64,000 bases of DNA from Adineta vaga (Eukaryota; Animalia; Rotifera), in the NCBI GenBank assembly GCA_021613535.1, contig CP075492.1, positions 8,370,001 to 8,434,000 on the forward strand, written 5' to 3'. Position numbers and translations under genes: made by a program. Below are positions 1-13,500 of the stretch, piece after piece; position 1 is the first letter of the stretch; every line of letters starts with the position of its first letter. The notes under the pieces are model-generated. The model had not been told where the DNA came from. It was given only the letters and a program-made list of their open reading frames with translations, and searched no databases.

Positions 1-395
1 ATTTTCAATAAAGTTTTCGTTTTCATACAATAGAATTATATTTGTTTACGATCTTATTCTGTTTAGTCTTGATTAAAAAAAACGAACGACAGATGATACA
101 CACGCACACAGAAAAAAATGAACAATGATGGTACAAATAGAATAATAGAATCGATTAAAGCAATGAAACAAATGAACGAAATGCGATGGCTAGAGAAAGA
201 GAGAGAGAGAGAGAGACAAAAAACAAAACAGGGAATAAATAGTGCAAACAATTTACAACATACACCCTCATAAACAAAAACAGATATCTGATGTCACATA
301 CATGGAATGCAGTTCGATGGGGAAAAATGAAAGAAAGACGATGAATATGAATGTATATCTGACTGCTGAATTACACAATTGATTCGTTTCTTTTT

Positions 396-3300
396 CTAGG
401 ATGACCATGTGTGATTCTGAAAGAGAAATTATATTTGATAAATTATATTGCAAAAACATATGGTAATGATATCTTACTTCTAAGATTTCTGGATGTTGAT
501 GATCGAGATGATTGAGGAAGTATTGTCGATCATTATTTACCGTATAATTACATTTTGAACATTTATAAACAATGGTACGAGCTTTTTGTTGAACTATATG
601 GAAAGAGAAAATTGTTTATAAAAACTAGCAAATTATTATTCTTACTTGTAGTAAATTGTTTAGTTAATGGATTATTTTCCAACCAATGTAATTCTAAATT
701 ACAAGAAAAATGTTTCTGAATATGTCAAGTAAAAACTTTTAGAAATATACCATAGTCAAACATTTGTTCATCAAATTGAATATCGCGACTTTTTTCTTCC
801 TGCAAAAAAGGAAAAGAAATCTTAGAATTCATATGATTCTTAAGTCGAATATCATACTTCTTGTTCATCGTCATCGTTTTCAATATCACTAGTATTAGTT
901 GACGGTTTTTGTTGTTGAAAATCTTGTTCAAAATTATGAGTGTATTTCATTGATGCATGTCCTTTACGATGAACAAGTAAATCAGATAAATCTTCAGCTT
1001 CATAATCACATTGTCGACAACGAAGATGATTATTTTGTGTACGTGAATTATTTGCAATACGTTTTTGTTTTTCATCTGTTTCATCTTGTTGATGATTTTC
1101 ATCAACGATAATTAAACTATTATTTTCATCATCTTCATCTTCATCTTCTTCGACAATTTCTTCTTCATCATCGTCTATTTCCAAAGATTTCTGATGTTGT
1201 TGTTGTTGCTGCTGTTGTTGAGCAAAAAATGTTGACATTTGCATGGCAGCTGCAGCAAATGCAGCAGCATTTTGTTTATCAGATGATACATTCTTATGCA
1301 CATCATTATTTCCAATGACTAAACCAAGACTCTGAAATAAAAGAACAATTTATTCAATCCTTGTTTTCTTTTCTACGAAGATTGTTTATTTACCTCCATA
1401 ACTTTAGCCATAGCTTTTCGTCCAACTAAAACAGGTCCATGATGATTACATAGCCGCATGTGTTTTTTAACATCACATTTCCACTTCGATTTATAATCAC
1501 AATTGAAACAATGATATGGACTTTCTGCTGAATGAACAATCAAATGTCGACGTAATTCAGCCATTGAATTTGCAGCAAATGGACATTGTTGACAAGCTAA
1601 TGTTCGATCACGTGTATATTTCATTGAAGATAATTTTTGTTGAACATCAAGTCCAAAAAAACTATAGTCTTCATCGGTTAATGGAGCTGGTGCTAATGCT
1701 CGATCATCAGTTCCTTCATATTTCGCTTTCAATGTTGTTTGAAATAAATATTTATCCGGTAATTCAACAATTTTTGCACTATCATGAGCATGTTGTTTTT
1801 TTACATGTTTCTACAACAACAACAACGAAAAATTCCGTATTCATTTAATATTTACTAAAAAAAACCTAAGAACTTACTTGAACATCCCATTTCCAACTCG
1901 AAGCATATGGACAAGCTGAACAATGATATGGTTTATCTCGAGCATGATGACATCGCATATGTTGAATTAATTCACTTCTCCAGCGTCCGCGATAATCACA
2001 CCAACGACATTGAAAATTTCGTTCTTCTTTTTCAAGTTTTCTTTGTTGTTGTGTCTGCTGCTGCTGCTGCTGCTGCTGTTGTTGTTGAGGGTGTTGTTGT
2101 TGTTGTTGTTGTTGTTGCTGCTGTTGTTGATGATGATGGTTTCTCAGATGATTATTATTGCCACTGGCTGCTGCAACCATAGCTGCGACTGCATGCATTC
2201 TTTGTTGTTGTTGTTGTAAAGGTGATGATGTTCGTGGCGATGATGATCGTGATGAATTTGGCGATTTAGTTGTTCGTTGAACAAAAGCAGATGCTTGTTT
2301 AAATAAATCTAAATTGGCATTCATTGACATTTGTGTTGGTCGTGATGAATAATTAAATTTTGGTTGAAGTAATAAAGATGAGTTGAGAAATGATGAAAAC
2401 ATTGGATGATGTGGAAAAAATGAAGGTGGTGGAAAAAACATATTTGCAGTTGTTGTTGGTGGTGGCGGTGGTAAAAAGTTAGGTAATGATAGATTCGATA
2501 AGTTCTTTTCATAATCTTGTTTCAAGCGTTTCACTTGTTGTTGTTGATCATCATGATCAAAAGTACTCGAATGTTTACTATGTCCATCATCATCTTCATC
2601 GTCATCATCATCGACACCTTCATCATTATCTTCATCACCACGAATGGAAGTTTTCTTTATCGTTGATGTAGATGATATTGATGAACAAGTTGAATGATGA
2701 TCACTTGTTTTTGTTGATGCTGTTGTTGGAGCTAAATCCATCATTGAACGAGCTTGATCTCGATCACGTTTTTTATATGGATTAATTAAATTAACACCTT
2801 TACCACCAGAAGCATGTGCACGATCCCAATGTTTAGCTAAATCCCAACGCCATTTGTAAGTTAATGAACAAACTAAACATTTGAATGGTCTTGATGTTGA
2901 ATGGGATGCAGCATGTTTTTGAAGTTCTGTTGGCCAACGACCAACAAAATCACATTGAATACATTTTAATGGATTGACAGGATCACTTAAATTCCATTCT
3001 TCATTTTGTTGAGCAACATTGGTATTACGTGGTGGTGATTTACCAGCAATTTCATTTTCTAATTCAACAAGATGATTTTTCAAAAAATGTTCATTAATGG
3101 TTTCAACAGCAAGAAAACGTTGTTCACATATAGAGCAAATGAACACCTTTTGTCCATATGGATTTGGTGGACTTGATGATGAGGCATGTTCAGAATGACT
3201 TTCATCGTCACTATCATTTTGATTGTAATTCGAACTATCACGTTGTTCATCATTACTACTATTACTATCACGATGATGTTTTTTGGCTGGAGGGCTGAGT

Positions 3301-6300
3301 TCTGATTCAATTGGTGAAGAAGTTTTCTTATGAGATTTAATTGTTAAATCTAATGGAGCATTTAATGATTGATCATTTGTTGTTGGAGGAAAGATTTGTT
3401 GAAAATCATTTCGCGTAGAAAAATTTAACCATGCATATGGATTGAATGGAAAAGCAGGATGATGAGGTGGCGGTGGTGGTGGTGGAATAGAAAGATTATT
3501 GGATGTATGTGGAAGCATTTCACTAGCTCGATTCGTTGGTTTCGTTTGAATAGTTGTACTTGATGTAGATGATTTCGGTGGACGAATAGTAACTGGTGCG
3601 TCAAGTGGTGGTGGACTTTCGTCGTTATGTTTTTCTTTCCAATGTTTATTCAAACTTTTTCTCCATTTGTATAAATTACCACATAATGAACAGGCAAATT
3701 TGACTAAAAGAAAGTTTTTTTTTCAGTGTTTATCTTTTGTTCTATTTTACAAATGAATTAACATACCAGCACTAGCATCATCTGGATCAGGTACACGACG
3801 ATATCTTGCAGGATCAACAGAGACGTTGTAAGGACGTTTTCGATCAGGAACAACTAGGTTGGATGTGTTGTAGTTGAATGAGACGAAGTAACGGATAGAT
3901 TAAGTTTCTTGTTTGTGCTAGTTGAAGGATTCTATACGACGAAAGAGAAAGAGAGAAATAGAGAGACAGAGAGAAAAAAATCAATATGGATTGGTTGAAA
4001 AAAAAGAAGCTGAGTGAAAATGAGAAGAAGAGAAAGCAATGGCATCTTATTTTATGAGTGCCCAATAATAACAACCATGACCGAAAAAAAATGATCTTTC
4101 GAGCAGGTGTCAGTGAGCAGAAAAAAAGAAAACAGAACTATTTCTGATTGTTAGATCCTTCTACGCGAATGAAACGAAAGAAAAATATCTCATAATATAG
4201 TGTTAAAATAGAATTACATGCGTGAGCGCAAGTCTCATATTCTCAAGAGAAGACATTTAGAAAAAGGAGAAACATGAATGTGTATTTTATCATTGAAACA
4301 TCATCGTTTTAATCGAAAAAAAAAGCTCTGTACACCTGCGAATGATAAGAAAATGAATTGATCTGTTCACATTCTGTTGTTTTATTGTAACGAGGAAGAA
4401 GAGAGGCAAAAAAAGAACGAAAGGTTTCACACATCATTACTGATTTTCTCTCTCGTGCGAGAAATTAAAAATTCACTTTAGATTAGTGTTCTGACATGGA
4501 CACATAAAAATTTGATCCGTTTTTATGATCTCAAATGGAAATAATTAATCAAACGCTTCTGCTGAATATGATTGAAAAATGAAACTTTTGAAATATGCAT
4601 AAAATAATAGTTTTAATCCGATGAAGTTTTTTTATGCAAATCTCTTGTAATAGTAACTGTCTGACTGCTGTTTTTCTTTTTACTTGAAAAAAATGAAAAG
4701 AAATCTAGACATTTGCATTTACGGAGAAGAATGGTAATTATCATAAAGGTTTGTTTCGTTCGTTGTTCTATTATGTCATGAAAAAATTTTGTTCGAACGA
4801 ATGAAGATCAAACGAAAAGATACAGAGACGAAGAGAGAAAAAGAAACTGATGTCGACATACTTGACAACGATCATTTTTCAAGTGGAATTATGGTAAAAC
4901 AAGTGTCAACTTCAATCAGAAGATCAAGTGAAGAAAGATATTTAATATCCGATTAAGTCTTTTCTTCGAACAGAAGTTCACTTTTTTTTCTTCTTTCTCT
5001 TTAGAAAAGATTGTTATTTAAATAAATTTATGCTTATTATGATAGGATTCGATTTATGAGAAAAATTGTTGCTTCATAGACGAGATTATATGGACATATC
5101 GTGCTCGATCTATGATTTTTTTCGTTCTATAATAAGAAAATTGATATAGAGAAATAATCTTATCATTAAGTTGCACGATTGTTTCTCGCGTAAGAAAGAG
5201 AAAATAAGTAAATGTATTGGTAACATGAAGAGTATTCAAGGTGTTCGCTTCTTTGGCTTGATTACTAGTTTTCTGAATGATATGAAAAAGTAAAGAAATC
5301 GACATGTTACTATTATCTTTTACCTGAATTATTTGTATTACAAGAAACTCAATACGATAAAACAAAAAGAAAGAAAGAAACGCTTTGTAGATTACACGCT
5401 TCTTTTCTTTTACTATGTTTTAATGTATTCATGTCTATTATCTACATATACAATAAACATTTTTTCATCTTGCATCAATAGTCAATTGTACAAGTCTGTA
5501 CAGATTGACAAACAAAAGTTCAATCATACTAATAGAATATTTTTGTACTGAAATATCAATTTGACTAGAGTAGATTGAAACTATTGCACTGATCATAAAG
5601 TTCGAGTTAAATTCAATGTGATCATATCATACTTCATTTCTAGATATATCAGATCGAGTTTGAACGTTATCTACTCTAACATGAAACTTTCAATCGAAAT
5701 TCTTACTTGTTCATCTTCGGAAATTTGTTCATCATTTTCAAAGATCATGGAATTTTGTTCTTTTGCGTACATATTGATTACATCGTCATCTTCCATTTCA
5801 CCTTCAGATTCTATTTGTTGTTCATTTGCGGATATATTCAGTTTTGTCGTTGATGATGACGCTGCAGATAATGTTTGATGATTTGTTCTTAAAAGAGAAA
5901 ATGATACTTAAAAAATCTTCAATTTTAAAATAAAAAGAATCTTACTGATGAGAATTTAAATGCAATTGATAGTCAAATGAGGATAATGAATAATATCGAC
6001 AAATATCACATAGAAAAACTTGCTCTTGGCCGTGGTCAAATTTCATATGTGTTTTAAATTCATTGATATTTGATGATGAAAATTCACATTCTTCACATTG
6101 ACGAACAAGTCGAGAACGAGGAGCTAATTGTTTTCGTCTAAAAATACAAATTATTAGTATTAGAATTCTTCGAATATAGTTTTAATTTTTAACGAAAACC
6201 AACGATTGTAGATTTCTGTCTTATCTAGATATCGTTAGTATCATATGCAATACTAGTAAGTATTATGTGATGATTAGATCTCAATAAGACGAAGAAAATT

Positions 6301-7246
6301 CAGAAACGCATTCAAATCTGCAACGCTAATCTTTCTAGATGTCGTTAGAGGTTTGTCCGATGAAACGAAAAATTATTTTCGTTGAAGATTTGAAATTTTG
6401 AATATATTGAGTTTTGCAACTATGAGAAAATGTTCTTTTAGAAAAACAATTTTGAACAATATCTTTCGGATTTAAATATATAGATTGAATTACAACGTTA
6501 AAAGTTTTAGAATAATATACTCGATATCACTGATGTGCGTTGATGGTCAAAAACTCGGAATAGATTCATTGAGCAAGTAAATCTTTTTATGGAAAGTCTG
6601 CGATCGAGTGGTATTGTAATAGTGAATTTGATAGAATGGTCTATATTCATTCAACATAATATATTATATTTGCATTTCTATTCAACTATGAAGTTTAAAG
6701 CTCTTGATAGATTTTGCTGAATTCTTTTTCATTTCACAACTAGAAATATTACCTGCTACTTCTGCCAGTTGTTTCACCATGTATTAATTTCTGTGTATGA
6801 TTTCTTCCATTATTATTATTTGAATTTGACTTGTCCGATTGAGCATCACAATCACTGAAATAAACATAGAAAGAAATATCGACATAGCACTTGTCTAACA
6901 TATTATCAGTATTATTGTTGATATCGTATCTTATTTAGGTAATGATCAATATAGAAGGAAAAGAAATCGTAGTATGAAGAAAAGGTGTTGTTGAATTTTA
7001 AAGATTTGATGTTTATTTAAGATGCACTCAATTGATCAAAGATGAAACATTCAAATCATTTTCTTTATTATTTTTTTTTCGGAAAATTTTAAATCTGATA
7101 GTCGAAAAGAAAAGTAAAACGAAAGATTTTAATCTTTTCGCATCAACAGTCATTAACCCCAACGGCGGCAGAGACACCGATGAAGCAGACACATTCACAT
7201 GTTGAGAGGTCGATTGAATCAAATGATAATTCATATGGTCAGACAT
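396..7246 (-). CDS. Large multi-exon C2H2 zinc-finger protein (~12 fingers, polyQ/acidic linkers)
   Basis: Exons with GT-AG boundaries join ORFs 1866..3653, 1373..1732 and 852..1301. Further exons at ~5946-6137 (CEECEF..HMKFDH, CDICRY..HLNSH), ~5706-5888, ~6754-6854 and ~477-594 (CSKC..HLDHQH). Last exon reads NHTWSS* with the stop at 396. First exon (MSDHMNY.., 7246) is less certain. Apparent 1-nt frameshift near 3866. Confidence 0.85.
2041..2130 (-). repeat. CAA/CAG/CAT trinucleotide tract encoding polyQ/polyH in the zinc-finger protein
   Basis: (tgt/tgc)n on the + strand, translated as HHHQQQQ..HPQQQQ.. Confidence 0.9.
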
Positions 7247-7330
7247 CGACCAGGCATGACATTAGACTTTACTCTCCGTTTTCTTTTCTCTCATTACTCT
7301 GTTGCATCGATCGACCACCACAACCACCAC

Positions 7331-7336
7331 TTTATA
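7331..7336 (-). promoter_or_regulatory. Candidate TATA box for the zinc-finger gene
   Basis: TATAAA on the minus strand ~85 nt upstream of the ATG at 7246. Motif-only evidence in AT-rich DNA. Confidence 0.3.
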
Positions 7337-10300
7337 GTCAAAGAAGACACAGAGAGATAGAGAGAAAGAAAGACAACGTAAAGATTTCTTGTTCTTCTCT
7401 GTCTCTTTCTAAATATATGTATATGTATGTGCACGATGCGATTAGAGGGGCGTCACTGCGACAGGTAAAGAAAAAGAGAGGCGATCGTTCACATTAGCTC
7501 GTTGATTGAAGATGGTAGAGAGAGAGACATTCTTTATCTAGTACCGATATCAACAAAAAATGCCCCCGAAAGGCATTATTATACCGTTCGATACGCATCA
7601 CTAATTTCACAGAGAAAGCGAAAGAGAGAAGACAGCGAAGAAGAAGAAACAAAAACGAAAGAAAGAAAGAAAGAAAGCAAATCTAGCTGGATTAACATTC
7701 TGGCAAGACTTTTAATCTTTGTCAACATTAAATCTAAATAGTCGATTTTATAATGTAAATAATACATTCGGATATCCGTTTTCGGTAACTGCCGTCAAAT
7801 GGTTAAATAAACATTCCTTTACCTGATATCATCAGTATTGGTTAGGAAATAATCCATGGTATTGTTGGTAGTTTTTTCAAAGATATCAAAACGATGTTGT
7901 TGTTGTTGATGTCGTCTAAAAGAAAATATAGAATTAAGAGAACCAATGGCATCAATTAACAGAAATGTAACCAATCGAGTTCGAGAAGTAAAGAAAAAAA
8001 ATGATCCATCGTATTTATTACAAACGACAATCTCACATCGACATGGATCATTAATTTTGATTTTTACCTTTTTTTCTCTCTCAGGTTTCTGCTAGATATA
8101 GGATATCTGTTTATTGTTCTTTGTATTATATAAATAAAGAGACGCAAAAGAGAAATGAAGAAAAAAAATAACGATATCGGATCATCATTATTGCTTTCTC
8201 TAGAAAGAGAAAAATAACTGACGCATTACCTTACCTGTCGAAGGAAGAAGCAGAGACAGCATCGGTAGCTAGCATCATCGTTCTTTATGTGCTATCTTAT
8301 GAATAGACAACAAAACGAAAATGAAGAGACAGCGACATAGAGAGGGGAGAGAGAGAGAATGTTACTTTCTCTTTCAATCTATCGAATGCAAATCAGAAGA
8401 ACGAGAAGAAAAAAATCCATTTTGATGAGAAAGAGAAATCTGCACACTGCTGTTCTATGTATGTGTGCGTTCACCGATAGATAATTATGAGAACAAGGAG
8501 TAAATGTGTAGTAGTAGTAGTAGGAGTAGTGGACATTCATTTCGTTTGTTCGTTCTGTCTCTTTTTTCGGTGACTATACTGCAATATCTCATCTCTTTAC
8601 TTCGATGTGCTCAGACAGACAGACAGACAGACAGTCGGTGATGATGGTAGCGTCGAAAGAAAAGAGAGTGGGAGGTACTGAGACAAAGTTCTACCAATCA
8701 CTAACATCGATATACGTCACGGATGAACGCTTTTAAACAAACTGCCAGCAATATTAGTCGATTTCTGGCTCTTCTTTGCTACTGTATTTACCTATCTGAC
8801 TGCAAAAACATCGTATCTCATTCGTTTCGTCGCCAATAATGATGACACTCATCCATTCTTCTTCTTCCCTTCTCTTTCTATCTCTCTCATACCTTCTTTT
8901 CCTATATACCGGTAAGACGGTGATGCTTCAGGTTGATCGATGGTAGAGGAGAAAGAGATAAATATATGTACGCATGCAATGGTGGGATTGGTGCGTGTGG
9001 AATTGCAAATAAGCAGTTTCGATTCTCTCCAATAGAATGTCAATATGTAGGTGTGATGATGATGACAACTATGAATGTAGCCTAGGGGTTTATATCTATA
9101 AAATAGTCATTCATTTTCAAGAGATATATATCCGTTGCACATCGTAAATAAATACATACATATACACACGCGATCTGATTCTTTGCAAACAAATGAAGAA
9201 AAAAGATGGTAAAAGAAAAAAAATCCCTCCAATACATAAGAAGAATTGTTGCACATTCAAGGGATTGACAATGAGATGTTGGAGCAAAAGAAGAGGTTGA
9301 GCATAGTGGGAGGAAGCAAAGGCAATGTTCAGAGTAAATGTATGTATACTCTGCCGTTCGGAATTTTCGTCGTTGTATTATGTCAACAATTAGAAGAGAA
9401 GGAAAAAAAAGAAAAAAAAGAAAGAAGACACACGAACGAAAAGAACTATCATCAGATGATCATATCTTCGTTGCCGACGACATCTTCTAAGGATTGACAT
9501 TTTTCGTAGCAGACACGTTCTTGGGAAGAAGCGTATATATAAATACACTAAAGAAGACACACAAAAAAAAGAAAAGAAAAGAGGACTGCGAAAAAAGGTC
9601 AGAGATTATGGAAGAAACGAACGAAAAGGATTATTCCTTCTTGTTCTTCTTCAACACGAACATTGTCTATCCTACCGAAAAAAGAAGAAGATGTCAATTC
9701 CAAGAAAAGATTATTCCGTATGTTTACATTCAGATTTACTCTGCTAACGAAAATGTATGAAGTAAACAAAGAAGAAGAAGAAGGAGATTACTGAGAAATG
9801 ATGTCGCATGCGTTTTCTTTGTTTATGACAAAACGAAGAGAAAAAAAAGAACAGAAGGACACTGCCAGAGATAATCGAATTTTACGAGCATTATATAGCA
9901 AAAAAACGAATATGAGAGACAGGGAGAGAAAGAGAATTTTATGCGGCACATGGAACTTCTTGTTGTTGACATAAGAAGGCAGGCAGGCAGGCAGCAGTTA
10001 TAGACTGATAAATGGTCTTATCTTTTGGGTGCTAAAGAGAGCAGCACCACAAACGTCTCACATACGCGCATACATGCACTTCAATTCTTTTTTCATTTTA
10101 AAAAACAGAAAGAGAGAGAAAAAGAAGGAAAGATCATAAAAGTAGTGGAACTCGATAGAGATTAGGATTGACGCATCCACTTTAAAATATACTTGAACAT
10201 AATGATCGTCCGAAAAAGAAGAAATGAATTTATTTAAAAGAATTCATTTGCCAATATGACTGACAATAGAGAATATTCATCAATGTTGACTTAGCAAGAA

Positions 10301-10978
10301 CTAAGACGATGATATATAAATATATATAACTACTGTTATTCTGTATTCTCTCTCACGTGGATGAAGTCGTTTTTTAGAAGAATGAAGAACTGCCACTTCT
10401 ATTCGTGTCGAAAGTAGAAAAGAAGAAAATTATTAAGAATGTTGACAAAGAATTTGTCGTCGTTTGTTTGTTGTTTGATAAACATTTTGTCAATTGACCA
10501 CCTGCAGATAATTTTCATTTCAATTAAGAAATATGAATCAATTGATGATTATCATCATACGAAAAGAAGAATTCCAATAAATGTATAATAAATTAAGATC
10601 AGCTCTCTCTGATAATCAGTCAATTTTTTCTCGATGGGTTGAATACATAGTTTGTATAATGATACTCCAGAAACAAAAAAGTTGATTTCGTTTTACTAAT
10701 TAACTAGTAATCACCGATATCTGTATATGATAATGATCAAAAGGAAAAATTAAATTATGAAAAAATCGAGACTATGAAGGAAGGAAAAAAGATATATTTT
10801 ACACGTGTTTCAAACGAATATTTATTGAGCTGAATCGAGTACTTCAAATAGCATAACGTCATGCGTACAGCTTCTTATGTGGTATTTCCACATCAATCGT
10901 CGACCGTTAATAATTTCAAATGTAAAGATTTTCTCCAAAAATTCTGATTGACTTTTGACAAAAACTATACAAGAAAGT

Positions 10979-11914
10979 TCATAAATTATCCACTCGTGAT
11001 TGACTAAGTGTTGAATATGTTGTATATTGAATGATATTCTGTGTTACTGTATTGCTTGTAACTTGTCCATTTTGTCGAAATATACTTCGAATCTTCGGTG
11101 TAATAAATCCTAAAATAATCGCTGTTATAACCAATCCAACTGATATATTCAATGCTTGAATATCATACGCAAACGGCGTTAAATAATCAGTAATTATACA
11201 GATAATTAAAATAATCAATGTTGGAATACCAATAAGAATTAAAGAGACAAGAAGAAGAAGAATGCGTCTAAGAATAATCACATCTCGTTTATTTGCTCGA
11301 CGTCGTTTTCGACGAAGAGTTACTGTTTGACGAACATATCGAAGAATAGACATATAAATAATCATCGTTAGTGCAAGTGGAGCAACATAGATTGTTAATA
11401 TTGCTAAGAACATTCCACGAAGATTTCGAAATGAAATCCAACAATTGTAATCTAAAGATTGATATTGAAAATCATCGAATAATATATGCGGAAAGATGAA
11501 TATCAATGAAAAAATCCATTGTAAAAGAATTGCACAGATGAAAGTTTTCATGGATTGTAAGATTTTCTTTCGATAAAAGACGACACGAAATAAACGAAAA
11601 ATAGCTTGTAAAACAAATGAATAGTAGAATATACAGAAACAAACATGAGCAAAATATGCACGTAATTGACATCCTTGATTCGAGAATGATGTGGAAGGAT
11701 GAATATGACCATAAATACTACGAATACATATGTCAAATAATATACAACAAAAGAATATTATTGATAGATAAGTATTACATGTCAAGAGAAGTGAAATATT
11801 CATTAGAGATGAACGTTTGAAGATGAATATGAACAAAAGAAGAAGAATGGATATAAGACAACTAAACGATACGAATAAAAGGACGAAGCAATTGAGAATT
11901 ATCGATAATAACAT
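10979..11914 (-). CDS. Intronless orphan class A-like 7TM GPCR (lineage-expanded type)
   Basis: 311-aa ORF with seven hydrophobic segments, TM3 Cys (GCQLRAY), TM4 Trp (LQWIFS..P), ECL2 Cys (YNCWI) and basic ICL3 (RRKRRRANKRD). DRY is replaced by QAIFRLFRV. Confidence 0.85.
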   Translation of the reverse strand: MLLSIILNCFVLLFVSFSCLISILLLLFIFIFKRSSLMNISLLLTCNTYLSIIFFCCILFDICIRSIYGHIHPSTSFSNQGCQLRAYFAHVCFCIFYYSFVLQAIFRLFRVVFYRKKILQSMKTFICAILLQWIFSLIFIFPHILFDDFQYQSLDYNCWISFRNLRGMFLAILTIYVAPLALTMIIYMSILRYVRQTVTLRRKRRRANKRDVIILRRILLLLVSLILIGIPTLIILIICIITDYLTPFAYDIQALNISVGLVITAIILGFITPKIRSIFRQNGQVTSNTVTQNIIQYTTYSTLSQSRVDNL

Positions 11915-12942
11915 TATGCTATAGAATACTAAAATAGATAAAAATGAATTAAAAAAACAAGTTATTCTCTGTAATTTTACTTCTTGTGAATGGAAACTAA
12001 GATGAGAAGTTAGAAGATTTAATCTTTAATTAGATGGATATATTCATCTGTGTCATGAAAAGATATATAATGTTTTTCATGCTTCAAGTAAAAATTTGTT
12101 ATATAGAATACGAATCCTAGGAGTAGAAATTTAATCATCCGATAAATTAGTCAATAGAAAAAGTACGGATGTCATTCTGTTTCTACATGCTAGTTGTTTT
12201 ATCTCAACAGTCAACTGATATTTATTAATTTATATTAAGAAAAATATTTTTCTCTTTCTTCCAGAACTTCTGCCTATAGTTCAAATATCTTACAGATCGT
12301 GATACTTTTTTCTTAAACAAAAGTAGTTTAACATCTAAAGAACATGATCGATATAAGAGATAATTCCTATTTTTTTTTCTAAATTTAAAATAGATTTCTT
12401 CGTTTTTTTCATAAATAAATTTTCGACGTTACCAATGTGTACGTACTGGAACAGTGACTTCTTCTTGTTTTTAATAATAAATATAACAGATAATAGAGTT
12501 GTTGCGGAAAGAAAATTGAATAAATAAATAGTGAAGGAAGTTCATGCAAATGCTTTGGTGCATCCGCATTAGAATTCTTAACGTTAAATAATTGCCTGCT
12601 CTTTTATTAATGAGAACTACCCTTTCAGACAACCAGCGGCACACAGAAAAAGAACATAAAATTAGGTTAACTCAACACAGTTAATAAAAAAACATCTAAG
12701 AAGAATATCTATCGCGTTACATATAAGACTTTATGTAGAATATTTCTTTATTTTAAAAGTAAAATCATATGAAATTATTCGTTTTCCGTGCCAATTTGAT
12801 ATATATATTGAAATAATTTTTTGCTTCATATAATCGTTCAAATGAATAGATTGTATCATTTCATGTAATTAATTCTGTAAGACCAAACTTTTCATCAGAA
12901 AATTCAATTCAATTAAATCGATACAAAATGAATATTGATGAT

Positions 12943-13500
12943 CTAATGGTTCAGCATTAGTTGAACTTGTAATATTGATATATATTCTTCATTTGCACAA
13001 AGATTATTTGGAATTTGTTCGAGTATTTTCAGATAATCGGGAAATAATTGACGTAAATTAAATGCAGTATATTTATAGAATACGACAAATAATTGTGAAG
13101 ATTCAATTGGAGATGCATTCGGTAATAACCAATTGCCATAAGAATCAGTTGATGGTAAGTGACCATTTCTAATTTAAGGTTTAGTTAGTTCATTTGTAGT
13201 TAAATCCCTAAGTAATTTGAACCAAGTTGCTTCACATTTTCATTCATGGTCATTGATCGTAAATCAATTCATTGTAAAAAACGTTCCTCCATCAGGTTTA
13301 TAAGAATCTTGAATGAAACCAACAAACATTAAATCATCCGTGTATGATAGGGTAAAATACATCGACTTATTGGAAACATTGTTGATGTATTTTATTTAAC
13401 TAATTGATAGGGTTCATCGTATGTATATAGTAAGTAGATGAGTGATCGGTTCGAAGAGAGACCATTAATATCATTGATATATGAATTGGATTCATTAAAA
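12943..13500 (-). pseudogene. Probable decayed protein-coding remnant, family not recognised
   Basis: One frame reads DDLMFVGFIQDSYKPDGGTFFTMN*FTINDHE*KCEATWFKLLRDLTTNELTKP*IRNGHLPSTDSYGNWLLPNASPIESSQLFVVFYKYTAFNLRQLFPDYLKILEQIPNNLCANEEY. The composition is protein-like, with three in-frame stops. Confidence 0.4.

Noticed and set aside
7500-10900. Many 60-90 aa K/E/R- or F/L/S-rich ORFs and (GA)n, (CAGA)n, (AGGC)n microsatellites
   Set aside because: Products of purine/pyrimidine-skewed non-coding DNA upstream of the zinc-finger gene. The same applies to 41577-44373 and 55852-61200.
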